The notes under the pieces were generated by a model, which saw nothing but the letters and a program-made list of their open reading frames with translations, was not told the DNA's origin and searched no databases. DNA of 52,067 nucleotides from a virus. Its lineage: Duplodnaviria; Caudoviricetes. Both the position numbers and the translations under genes were made by a program. Below, in pieces: positions 43,724-52,035 of this stretch; the stretch's first letter is position 1; each line of letters begins with the position of its first letter. The stretch spans positions 1-52,067 of the IMG/VR virus record IMGVR_UViG_3300034691_000021. One strand, given 5' to 3'.

Positions 43724-44064
43724 GCCGCCACCTTCGATGCATGGATGATCTTCATGCCGAGGCGCTCTGCGATCATCACTTCAAGCTGAGCCCCCTTCGA
43801 ATTCTCCCAGCCCGGGAGTAGGTAAATGGAATCGCACAGACCAAGCCGAGTCAGGTCGTAGGCCAAGTAATCCGCCCAGTCAGCACCATCGACTAGCCCG
43901 TGATCAGCCGGGTTCTCAACGATGTACCCGTGCGTGCGTAGGATGCCGGCCGCCGCATTGAACGCCGGGAAGTTGAAGTCTTCGATCCCAGTCATAGGGC
44001 CGGCAACGTAGATGCGGTTGGCGCGTTCGCTGCGCAAGGTAACGCCTGATTTGACTTCACTCAT
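43720..44064 (-). CDS. DUF4406 / nucleoside 2-deoxyribosyltransferase-fold protein
   Basis: IYVAGPMTG...NPA...CD.I..LPGWE.SKGA.LE. Confidence 0.85.
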   Translation of the reverse strand: MSEVKSGVTLRSERANRIYVAGPMTGIEDFNFPAFNAAAGILRTHGYIVENPADHGLVDGADWADYLAYDLTRLGLCDSIYLLPGWENSKGAQLEVMIAERLGMKIIHASKVAA

Positions 44065-44264
44065 GCCGCCTTCCCCTGTGTCGATTCAAAGTGTTCGTTG
44101 CATGCCGCCTTGGCTTTTTCGTAGTCCATGCCCGAATGCAGAATGTTTCCTGACGGCAGGCGCGCGACGTAGGCCCATTCCTTTTTGGCGTTCATCACGT
44201 ATTTGCAGATCATGTAGCCGCTGTCGGAGATGAGCCGCCACTCGGTGTCTTTTTTCCACTTCAT
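44061..44264 (-). CDS. Hypothetical nin-region protein
   Basis: ORF track; coupled. Confidence 0.6.
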   Translation of the reverse strand: MKWKKDTEWRLISDSGYMICKYVMNAKKEWAYVARLPSGNILHSGMDYEKAKAACNEHFESTQGKAA

Positions 44265-44268
44265 GGCT

Positions 44269-44442
44269 TCACCCGAAAATCAGTGCGAGAGGACCGGTAA
44301 TGGCGAGCGCCCAGCCAAGCAACGCCAAACATCTGGCCAGCCTGTAGTCCTCGTCCTTCGCTACCCACAAATTCCAAAGCTCATGCTCTGTAGGTGACTG
44401 GATATGGCCTCTGAATTTTTGCTGCATGTCTTCGTAATTCAT
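44269..44442 (-). CDS. Small membrane protein (MNYEDMQQ...)
   Basis: C-terminal TM; ATGA overlap. Confidence 0.55.
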   Translation of the reverse strand: MNYEDMQQKFRGHIQSPTEHELWNLWVAKDEDYRLARCLALLGWALAITGPLALIFG

Positions 44443-44564
44443 TTCACACCCCGCGCAATCCGATCCCGGCGAAGCAGCTTGTAGATCCCTGTGCCGCAGG
44501 CTGCGTATCCAAGTACGAGGAAAACCAACCACAAGAGCAGAGGGGTATTGATTTGAATGATCAT
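44439..44564 (-). CDS. Small membrane protein, 41 aa (MIIQINTPLLLWLVF...)
   Basis: One TM segment, basic tail; coupled. Confidence 0.55.
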   Translation of the reverse strand: MIIQINTPLLLWLVFLVLGYAACGTGIYKLLRRDRIARGVK

Positions 44565-44692
44565 GATCCCCACCCCGCAAACGTGCTGGCTACGCGGTAA
44601 TAGGCTGGACGGCCGAACCAAGTTCCCGGAAGGCATGGGCCGCATAAAAAACATGCCCCGAGCAGCACTACGCAAACCTTGATGATATTCAT
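44561..44692 (-). CDS. Small Cys-rich protein, 43 aa (MNIIKVCVVLLGAC...), possible lipoprotein
   Basis: Translated by hand; AGGAG RBS; ATGA overlaps at both ends. Confidence 0.45.
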   Translation of the reverse strand: MNIIKVCVVLLGACFLCGPCLPGTWFGRPAYYRVASTFAGWGS

Positions 44693-45309
44693 GCTGCTCT
44701 CCTGAGTTCACGGGTCTTGGCGCGGTATTCGGCGGTAATGGCTTTCAGGTCTTCGATGGTGTACTTGCGCACCGACTGGTCGGCTTCCAGCGATTCAACC
44801 TCGAGCAAACCGATGCGCTTGATCAGGCCGATTCGATAGTCAATGGCGTTGCCAGACAGGTAGCGGTTGTCCTGCTTGCTTTGGGCATGGCAGTTGCGCT
44901 CGTCGAAGCGGAGGTGCGGAGCGGCACCGACCGACCTGTAATGCCCTGCATCGACGGCGTTTCCAGCCCAGTCCAATGGACGCCCGCTGGAGATGCAGGC
45001 ATGCCCGGCGAGCTGATCACGAACCCGGATGAACTCGTTGAAAGCCTTTTGCGCGTCCCGCATGTAGTCGCCGCGACTTTTAAGGGCCTCTTTTCTCACC
45101 TTGATGTCGCGGCGATCGATATCAGCCAAGGCCTTGCGAGTGGCTTCCTGGCCTTTCTCCGACTTTCCGTGAGCGATGGCGCACTCGACTTCTCCGCACA
45201 CCGCCTGCGAGCTTCTGGAGGGCGCGAACATCACTCGGCACTCCGGGCAACGCTTTCGGCGCGGCGCGGATGTGATCGGGGTTTTGCGTTGCAGTGGGGT
45301 GCGCTTCAT
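44689..45309 (-). CDS. ninG: Recombination endonuclease NinG/Rap
   Basis: FNEFIRVRD, CISSG, DAGHYRSVG, LRFDERNCHAQ. Confidence 0.9.
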   Translation of the reverse strand: MKRTPLQRKTPITSAPRRKRCPECRVMFAPSRSSQAVCGEVECAIAHGKSEKGQEATRKALADIDRRDIKVRKEALKSRGDYMRDAQKAFNEFIRVRDQLAGHACISSGRPLDWAGNAVDAGHYRSVGAAPHLRFDERNCHAQSKQDNRYLSGNAIDYRIGLIKRIGLLEVESLEADQSVRKYTIEDLKAITAEYRAKTRELRRAA

Positions 45310-45776
45310 GCGGCCTCCTTGCTGAGCAGGTCGCCGAAGAACACGCCCTTGGCCGTGAAGTCATCAACGATGCGATCGGTGTAGGCGATGCCCTGGGCGC
45401 GATTGAACAGGCTGGTTACCGGGAAACCGTCCGGGCCGAACAGCTTGCAGTCGCCCATCATGGCCAGCTTCTCTTCGTAGGGCAGATGGCGCATCACCCG
45501 ATACCAAGCCTCTTGGAACTCGGGGTCATCGTTCAGCAGGATCTGCACACCAAAGTGGAGCTTGCAGTGCTTTCGTGCATCCGTCGCATCGCCGATCTGC
45601 GTCATCTCGGCAATGCGCTTGTAGAACGCGAACCACAGCGCGTTCTGGTCAAGGGTGCGGTCCTTTCCCGGGCGCAGCGACACCACCACGAACTTCTTCT
45701 CGCGGAACATGGCGGTGAGCATGCCGATGGCTTCGGTGAGTTTGCTGGAGCTGTTCACGCTGATTTTGTCAGTCAT
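45306..45776 (-). CDS. NinB/Orf-like recombination mediator
   Basis: RTLDQNALW motif; upstream of ninG. Confidence 0.6.
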   Translation of the reverse strand: MTDKISVNSSSKLTEAIGMLTAMFREKKFVVVSLRPGKDRTLDQNALWFAFYKRIAEMTQIGDATDARKHCKLHFGVQILLNDDPEFQEAWYRVMRHLPYEEKLAMMGDCKLFGPDGFPVTSLFNRAQGIAYTDRIVDDFTAKGVFFGDLLSKEAA

Positions 45777-46000
45777 GGCTGGACTCCAGTCTTCTTTCTC
45801 ACCTTCCCTTCCGCCTCAAGCTGACGCATAGTTGCGCGCAGCGTTTTTAGGTCATAGTGAAACTTGAGGTACTTTCCGATTAGTCCGATCTTGGCGTTGA
45901 TTGTCAGGCCAGCCACAACAAGCATCCCGAACACAAGAGTGGCGCCACCTATCAGCATCACGCCGTAGCCCAGCCACAAGGCGATTGAATCAATAGTCAT
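45773..46000 (-). CDS. Small membrane protein
   Basis: N-terminal TM; coupled. Confidence 0.6.
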   Translation of the reverse strand: MTIDSIALWLGYGVMLIGGATLVFGMLVVAGLTINAKIGLIGKYLKFHYDLKTLRATMRQLEAEGKVRKKTGVQP

Positions 46001-46215
46001 AGCCGCCGCACTCCCTGCTTCACCAGCGCCACCCGCTCAGCACAACCCACGCACAGCTGCACCCCCGGAATAGCCTGACGGCGGCCTTCCGGGATCTCTT
46101 CTGAGCACTCTTCGCACTCAAAGGCGCTGATGCCGGTGTAACGGGGGATCTGGGCGATGGACCGATTGAGGGACTCTTCGATTGCCTCATCGGCGAGATC
46201 GGCGATATCAACCAT
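45997..46215 (-). CDS. TraR/DksA-family C4 zinc-finger protein
   Basis: MVDIADLA (D3-D6-A8), CEEC...IPEGRR..PGVQLCVGC. Confidence 0.88.
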   Translation of the reverse strand: MVDIADLADEAIEESLNRSIAQIPRYTGISAFECEECSEEIPEGRRQAIPGVQLCVGCAERVALVKQGVRRL

Positions 46216-46759
46216 TGGAAGGCTCCTTGGCAGCGCGGCGCGCATCGTGAAAGGCCAGAACCTCTTGCATGCCGTTGTCGACCGCGACGATTTCCCGGTC
46301 GAAGTAGGCCTGAGCGAGCGTTTCGTTTTCAGGTGGCAGCTCTCCAGGGCCAACCAGCGAGTTGTAAATCCACATCATGGCGCCCTCTGCGCCAAGTCCA
46401 TGCTCTTCCTCGATGACCGCCGTGCGCATGGCAATGATGTAGCGGCCGAACAGCAGATCCAGCTCCTTGATCCGCATGCGGGCGACTTCGTTCTCGTCCT
46501 TCAGCTTGTCGCGTTCACCGATCAGGGCCAGCACGGCGACTGGGTTGGCGGCCGCGTAATACTGGGCAAGTGTCGAAGCGTGCGACTCGGCGTCGTATTG
46601 CTCGGTGTCGATTGTCATGACGGGGTAGCGATTGCCCTCCTCGTCCACCTGGCCGACCTGCCAGTCAGGACCATTCTCGTCGCAGGGCCAGCACTTGGTG
46701 AGGTTGTCCCAACCAGCCATGCCTTCGGCCAAATTCTTCAATTCACTGTGGTCGGTCAT
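46208..46759 (-). CDS. Ead/Ea22-like protein
   Basis: YAAANPVAVLALIGE motif. Confidence 0.7.
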   Translation of the reverse strand: MTDHSELKNLAEGMAGWDNLTKCWPCDENGPDWQVGQVDEEGNRYPVMTIDTEQYDAESHASTLAQYYAAANPVAVLALIGERDKLKDENEVARMRIKELDLLFGRYIIAMRTAVIEEEHGLGAEGAMMWIYNSLVGPGELPPENETLAQAYFDREIVAVDNGMQEVLAFHDARRAAKEPSNG

Positions 46760-47472
46760 TGGGAAAGCTCCTGATTCTTGTTCTTGCCGAATTTCGCGAG
46801 CAGCAGTGCGCGGGCTGACTTGCCGTCGGCCGGGATGCCTTGCTGGAGGATTCGCGCTTGGGTTTGTTGGTCGGCCAGTTCGTTGGCCAATTCGAAGGCG
46901 GTCTTCTGGCTGTCGTGGCCGATACCGGCCAGGATCTTGCCGTCGAGTGGCTGGCCTTCCTGAGCGCGGCGGATGACGATCGCGTAGGCCCGGTCGAAGC
47001 GTGCGCGCATCGACTTGTCATCCTGCTTGGCCGATCTGAGGTCGAAGATCCCCGTCTCGTTGGCAGCGATGCGGACACCGTCGTGGCTGTAGGTGCCGAT
47101 CAAGGCTTCCATCCACGCATCAGCGGCAGTCGGTAGGCCAAAGTCCTCAGCGCTTGGTGTGCACATGGCGATGAACTCACCAACGCTCGGCGCGAATGGT
47201 CGGCTCAGCTTCCTGCACTTCTGCACACCGAACTCGATCTGCTCCAGGGTGCGAATGCCGACGGCGGCGAACTCCTTGATCCATTCGGCCTTAGCAGCGT
47301 CCAGTGCTTCGGTCGACGGCCATGCCTGGCGCCACGCTGGAAATATCCCACGCAGTCGGCGGAACAGTTCGTTCACCACTTCTGCCGTCTGTGGCGTCAC
47401 AGGAAGCGGCTCAGGACGTTCTACGACCGGAAGGTTGCCAACGGTGGCCATGAGTTGCTGAACAGTCTTCAT
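46756..47472 (-). CDS. Replication protein P-like helicase loader
   Basis: IFPAWRQAWP, PFAPSVGEFIAMC; follows O. Confidence 0.8.
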   Translation of the reverse strand: MKTVQQLMATVGNLPVVERPEPLPVTPQTAEVVNELFRRLRGIFPAWRQAWPSTEALDAAKAEWIKEFAAVGIRTLEQIEFGVQKCRKLSRPFAPSVGEFIAMCTPSAEDFGLPTAADAWMEALIGTYSHDGVRIAANETGIFDLRSAKQDDKSMRARFDRAYAIVIRRAQEGQPLDGKILAGIGHDSQKTAFELANELADQQTQARILQQGIPADGKSARALLLAKFGKNKNQELSQ

Positions 47473-48233
47473 GGGCTCACCACGAGGTTTTCAGCCCATG
47501 CAACGCTGTCGAAATCAGGCTCCGAGGTTTGGCGGCGAACAGGGAATGGATGGACGTTGCTTGTGACCTTGTCCGGGAAGATCCCGGTCCAGCCGTTGGA
47601 GATCGAAGTTGACAGGACTTGGTCTGGGCAGCTGTGACCAATGAGGGCCTTGGCCTGTTGCTCGCAGCTCTTGGCGGTCAGCGGTTTGCGGATCTCCTTG
47701 CGGTGCTGGCACCAGTCTGCCCATGCCTTGTCGGACACGTTGTCAGGCTTGGCCGTCAAAGGGTCGAACTTTCCCGCCTTCACCGGAGCGCGAGCGACAG
47801 GCTTTTGATCTTGTTCTTCTCTTCTCTTCTCTTCTCTGGTCACGCTTTTGTCCGAATCACTAGCGGACACATTGCGGACACCCACAGATTCACGGGAGTT
47901 GCGCTTCCTTTCCGAGTCATTTGCGCGACGTTTTGCGCTCTTTCCGTTGTGCTCATCGAAGCGAGGCATGATCAAACAGTGGTCATCGGTGATGCAGGCC
48001 CACTCGACGTCAACCATGGCCTGGGTGAAGCCCTGCCAGCCAATAACGGCATCCATTGCATCAAGGGTGTAGCCATGCAGCACGCCATCGTCTGAATGGG
48101 TGTCAAAGATGCTCCACGCGACATGCAGTCCGCCGATTACCCGCAATCTGTCCGCTTTCAATGCGGACACCATGCGGAAAACTTTCGGATGGGTTTGCAG
48201 TTCAATTCTCATTTTGATCCAGTCCCCGGCCAT
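47469..48233 (-). CDS. Replication initiator O-like protein
   Basis: MAGDWIKMR N-terminus; REEKRREE linker; C-terminal SISNGWTGIF. Confidence 0.85.
   Translation of the reverse strand: MAGDWIKMRIELQTHPKVFRMVSALKADRLRVIGGLHVAWSIFDTHSDDGVLHGYTLDAMDAVIGWQGFTQAMVDVEWACITDDHCLIMPRFDEHNGKSAKRRANDSERKRNSRESVGVRNVSASDSDKSVTREEKRREEQDQKPVARAPVKAGKFDPLTAKPDNVSDKAWADWCQHRKEIRKPLTAKSCEQQAKALIGHSCPDQVLSTSISNGWTGIFPDKVTSNVHPFPVRRQTSEPDFDSVAWAENLVVSP
47812..47881. other. Putative replication origin inside O
   Basis: (ttctc)n pyrimidine tract beside repeated gcggacac / tgtccg motifs. Confidence 0.5.
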
Positions 48234-49015
48234 TACGCGGCCTCCTTCAAAACTTGAAGTTGCTGACTACCTGATGTGTCAATCAGTGCTTCAACGTCGG
48301 CAAGCGAGTACGCTCCGCAAGTCATCTCGACCAAAAGCTGAGCGCGGCCGTTGCTCAGCCAGGAGCGGGGCATATGTCCGTCGTTGCCTAACTGAGATAG
48401 GTAAGTTCTTGGCAGGCCAAGACGCTCCGATACGGCCATGCGTCCGCCGGCAGCAATCATCAGAGCTCTGAACCCGGTAGCTGGTACTGCGCGCTCATGG
48501 GCAAGCGTGCGGCCCATAGTCGAGTTGTGGCATACGGTGGCGATGTAGATATTCCCGATTGCATAAGCGCCTTCATCGCCAACCCTGCACATGCAATAGC
48601 CGGTCTTGCCGCGCCCACGCTCAGCCCATTTCCCGGAGTTCTCCCAGACTGTCCACCAGTCCCAGAACTTCAATTCCCATTTGATGCCTCGGGATTTGGC
48701 GTGCTTTAACTGATGATCAAACGCATAGAAGGGAGCCTTCGCGCCGTCCCTGCGCTCACCGCGAACAGCCTTCAGCTGAGCAATCGAACACCCATATTTT
48801 TCAAAGTGGGCGCGCTCCTTATTTGCCTTTTCCGTCGCGCGCCGAATCGAGGTTGTCAGCGCCCGGCCGCCTTCGCATGCCTTAACGCCACGAGCGGCGA
48901 GAATTTGGCCTATGCGCTGCTTGGATATCGAATACTCCTTAGCGATCTCAGAAAGACGTCGCCCCTGTTTGAAAAGAGAAACAATGGTGTTATGCTTTTC
49001 CCGGTCAAAAGACAT
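48233..49015 (-). CDS. HTH / HNH-like nuclease / HTH protein inserted before O
   Basis: LSEIAKEYSISKQRIGQIL HTH; AKSRGIKWEL...CMCR.GD.GAYAIGNI....HN beta-beta-alpha-like motif. Confidence 0.6.
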   Translation of the reverse strand: MSFDREKHNTIVSLFKQGRRLSEIAKEYSISKQRIGQILAARGVKACEGGRALTTSIRRATEKANKERAHFEKYGCSIAQLKAVRGERRDGAKAPFYAFDHQLKHAKSRGIKWELKFWDWWTVWENSGKWAERGRGKTGYCMCRVGDEGAYAIGNIYIATVCHNSTMGRTLAHERAVPATGFRALMIAAGGRMAVSERLGLPRTYLSQLGNDGHMPRSWLSNGRAQLLVEMTCGAYSLADVEALIDTSGSQQLQVLKEAA

Positions 49016-49038
49016 TTGTGTTTTCTCCAGATGTAACG

Positions 49039-49069
49039 AAAGAAACCGGGATTGCGCCCCGGTTTTTTT
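49039..49069. terminator. Bidirectional terminator (tR-like)
   Basis: aaagaaaccggg-attgcgc-cccggtttttttt. Confidence 0.65.
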
Positions 49070-49126
49070 TCGTCTGCGATTTGGTGGTTGGTGTCATCAG
49101 ATCCTCAATAGTCCCTCGGGGACTTA

Positions 49127-49312
49127 TCAGCCCTTACGGAATGGGCGAACGTTGCTTCTTGACGGTTCAACCCTTGTCATCCTGTCCATGGCTTTTTTTA
49201 GAATCCTTGCCGCAAGCTCTTCGGGAGTGATTCCGGCCAACTGCGCTAACAGCTCGAGCTCGGCAATCCCTCTCCCGTCGAGCTGGACTTCCAGCTCTTT
49301 TGTTTCAGGCAC
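49127..49312 (-). CDS. Small RHH-like protein
   Basis: AAGGAGG RBS; GTG start. Confidence 0.6.
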   Translation of the reverse strand: MPETKELEVQLDGRGIAELELLAQLAGITPEELAARILKKAMDRMTRVEPSRSNVRPFRKG

Positions 49313-49330
49313 AGGTCCTCCTTGGGCACT

Positions 49331-49519
49331 TCAGGCCACATCAGTCTTCGCGGTAAGCTCTTCCATCATCTGGGTCAGTCCGCGCTCAAGAATCTCGCGC
49401 GCTAGTACGGCTTTCTGGGTGCGCTGATACCTGGCCATGGCGGTCAGCAAATCGTCGGCGGCGTCATCCAGGCGAACCTTGGTGGGTTTGTCGTGTAGGT
49501 GGGTCGGGTCTGTGTACAT
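49331..49519 (-). CDS. CII-position regulator (RHH-like)
   Basis: TKVRLDD...KAVLAREILE; directly after cro. Confidence 0.6.
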   Translation of the reverse strand: MYTDPTHLHDKPTKVRLDDAADDLLTAMARYQRTQKAVLAREILERGLTQMMEELTAKTDVA

Positions 49520-49550
49520 AGGTCGATTCCTTGCGTGGTTTAAAAGTTAT

Positions 49551-49757
49551 TTATGCGGCGGATTTTTTGGCAGGCGCTTGCGAGGGAAAGGGCCGCACTT
49601 CTTCGGCAGTAAAACTGCCGTCAGGGTGTTCGGTGACGTAGATGTCACGGCCGACGCGAATGGCTTTGCTGAGGCCGCCCTGGGTCATGTCGAGGAGGCG
49701 AGCGGCTTCGGCCTGCCCCTTCTCTTGTGCGAACTGCGTGATGTGCTTGCGAGTCAT
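49551..49757 (-). CDS. cro: Cro repressor
   Basis: GQAEAARLLDMTQGGLSKAI HTH; EEVRPFPS as in lambda Cro. Confidence 0.92.
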   Translation of the reverse strand: MTRKHITQFAQEKGQAEAARLLDMTQGGLSKAIRVGRDIYVTEHPDGSFTAEEVRPFPSQAPAKKSAA

Positions 49758-49787
49758 GGGTTGCCTCCACGATGGGTCATGACTCGG

Positions 49788-49864
49788 ATATTACCTATGG
49801 CATTTAAGAAAGGCAATACCTATGGCATTTGTCGTATTATTACTCGAAGGAATAATATTTAGGG
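49788..49864. promoter_or_regulatory. OR region: PR, PRM and three 15-bp operators
   Basis: PR (-) TTGCCT-17-TAATAT; PRM (+) TTGTCG-18-TAATAT; operators attacctatggcatt 49790, aatacctatggcatt 49815, degenerate 49839. Confidence 0.8.
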
Positions 49865-50641
49865 ATGAGCAAAAAACCTTTACCTGCCGATAAAAGAGAG
49901 GAGTGTCTTCGACTGAAGGCAATCTTCAATTCACGCAAGTCGGCCTTGGGCTTGACCCAAGAGAAGCTGGCCCACGCACTGGAAATGAACCAGAGCTCTG
50001 TCAGCCACTATATGAACGGAGTTAATCCGCTGAATGCCCCCGTGGCTGCTGCTTTTGCACGGATACTGGGCGTTGAGGTTTCAGAGTTCAGTGAGCGCCT
50101 GGCCGATGAGATTTCGAGGATGACGACGGGCGCCCCAGCAGTTCGTCGAGAACTGTCAAACGCAGAGTTCCTCGGACCCATAGAGGTGTGGGACGATGAC
50201 ACTCCGCTCGATGATGACGAGGTCTACGTGCCGTTCCTCAAGGAAGTAGAGTTGTCTGCAGGACAAGGCCGCACCGCTGTACAGCAGTCCCACAAACAAA
50301 AACTGCGTATGGGCAAGATCACAATGCGCAAACAAGGCGTCCAGCCCTCAGACGCCGTATGTGTCACCGTTAGCGGTAATAGCATGGAGCCGGTCCTTCC
50401 GAACGGCTGCACAGTAGGTGTGGACCAAGGAACCACATCGGTAACTGATGGAAAGATGTACGCCGTCGATCATGGCGGCCAACTCCGCGTTAAAACGCTT
50501 TACCGTCTCCCTGGCGGCGGCATCAGGATGCGCAGCTTCAATCGTGACGAGCACCCTGATGAGGAATACACCGCACAAGAAATGCTGGAACAGAACATCC
50601 TGGTTCTAGGCCGGGTCTTCTGGTCGTCCGTTCTCTGGTAG
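49865..50641 (+). CDS. cI: CI repressor (HTH + S24 autopeptidase)
   Basis: LTQEKLAHAL HTH, SAG cleavage site, GNSMEP, VKTL. Confidence 0.95.
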   Translation: MSKKPLPADKREECLRLKAIFNSRKSALGLTQEKLAHALEMNQSSVSHYMNGVNPLNAPVAAAFARILGVEVSEFSERLADEISRMTTGAPAVRRELSNAEFLGPIEVWDDDTPLDDDEVYVPFLKEVELSAGQGRTAVQQSHKQKLRMGKITMRKQGVQPSDAVCVTVSGNSMEPVLPNGCTVGVDQGTTSVTDGKMYAVDHGGQLRVKTLYRLPGGGIRMRSFNRDEHPDEEYTAQEMLEQNILVLGRVFWSSVLW

Positions 50642-50648
50642 CCCCTTC

Positions 50649-50670
50649 AAGCCCGGTTTGCCCCGGGCTT
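50649..50670 (+). terminator. Hairpin after cI
   Basis: aagcccgg-tttgcc-ccgggctt. Confidence 0.5.
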
Positions 50671-50747
50671 CCGATGCACCCTTCTCGCTGAATTCCCCTC
50701 CTTTCTCCCCAGCTCCGAAAATTATTTCATCGTCTATCGAAAATAAT

Positions 50748-50789
50748 ATTGCCATTGGTATTGACGACTAATAATGCCAGTGGTAATTT
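50748..50789 (+). promoter_or_regulatory. PL promoter with two OL operators
   Basis: TTGACG-17-TAATTT; attgccattggtatt 50748, aatgccagtggtaat 50773. Confidence 0.8.
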
Positions 50790-50820
50790 TATCTCAACGC
50801 CACAGAACAACGAGGCGCCA

Positions 50821-50849
50821 GGGCCTGAAAAGGTTCGAGCTCTTTAACA
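50821..50849 (+). promoter_or_regulatory. boxB-like hairpin followed by consensus boxA
   Basis: gggcct-gaaa-aggttc then GCTCTTTAACA. Confidence 0.7.
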
Positions 50850-50855
50850 TTGATA

Positions 50856-51001
50856 GACCGCCGAGCCTGCAGGCATAGCAGGCCAGCCACCACCCAAGTG
50901 AGATGGCTGCGATCAGGTGTGACAGCCCTGAAGCTGTCATCCAAGTGGCACGCAGGCCCCGAGCGATGTGGGAAGCGTGATCCGGTGTGAGCGAGCCGGT
51001 C
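50856..51001 (+). ncRNA. Putative structured PL-leader RNA
   Basis: Four consecutive hairpins enclosed by gaccg/cggtc; no credible ORF. Confidence 0.45.
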
Positions 51002-51079
51002 CTGAGAGATGAGATACCCAAATATTTACTGATGCCGCTTCGATGAGGCGGCATTGGAAATTAAACCGGGGGCAAGACG

Positions 51080-51355
51080 ATGATCACCATCCATAAGCAC
51101 GCTGTGTTTCTCGGCGACACATTCACCATTGGCCTGCCAGAGGGCGCCACCTTCCTATCGCTTCAGATGCAACATGGAAAGCCGCAGATGTGGTTTCGAG
51201 TTGACGACAGCAGGCCAGTTCGTCCTCAAGTTTTCGGGATCTGCGGCACAGGCCAAGAGATTCCACCGCAGGTTGCCTCGGCTCCATTCTTGGGAACCTT
51301 TCAGATGGATGCTGGCGATATCGTGATTCACGTTTTCGGCGGCATCTACGCATAA
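51080..51355 (+). CDS. Hypothetical early protein
   Basis: First ORF after the leader; GTG..IP...FLGTFQ...HVF pattern. Confidence 0.7.
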   Translation: MITIHKHAVFLGDTFTIGLPEGATFLSLQMQHGKPQMWFRVDDSRPVRPQVFGICGTGQEIPPQVASAPFLGTFQMDAGDIVIHVFGGIYA

Positions 51356-51373
51356 GTACCAACGGAGAACACC

Positions 51374-51490
51374 ATGCTCCAGATCATCCTAATCGGCGCA
51401 GCGCTGAGTCATGTGCGGCCAGAACCGCCTGACGCAGTTCAACTGCCAACCGATCCACCCGGGTATATCCGGGAAAAGCCGCGATTGTAA
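51374..51490 (+). CDS. Small protein, 38 aa (MLQIILIGAALSHVRPEPP...)
   Basis: GGAG RBS; translated by hand. Confidence 0.45.
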   Translation: MLQIILIGAALSHVRPEPPDAVQLPTDPPGYIREKPRL

Positions 51491-52035
51491 TGACGGGGTC
51501 GAAAGCGTTCTGGCGCTGACTTCCCTGCCAAAAAACCACAACCATACTGAGCGATACCTAGGATACAAACTTGATGCTTCAACCGGTCGCTGCCTCCAGT
51601 AGAGAGCGACCGGATATCAGATGGCTTCCTGCTGTTTCAGGCTGTCCATCTGGCTTTACAAATGCCTCTCACACCCCGGGAGGCATTCGAAAGCCACGAA
51701 TGGAGCAAGACCGAATGAACGAATCAAGCAAATCGCAAGCTACTGAGCCGAGCTATTCGGATCACAAGTAACTACCCCTCTCCGTGCACGTCTTGCCAGA
51801 CGCAAATGGCCCGATATCTCCATGGTGATGGAGAGGCTGTATCGGAATGGCCACTGTGACAATGCCAGCGCCGTGATTGCAAAGCGGTTTGCTTCAGTGG
51901 TCATTCTCATGCAGGTACAGATTCCAACTACCGAGGAATGCTCGGTAGTTCAACTCAACGCGGAGGATTTGCAGCCATATAATAGACAACAACGATCCGA
52001 CGCCTCATGCGCCCGGTCGTGACGTAGGGAAGGTA

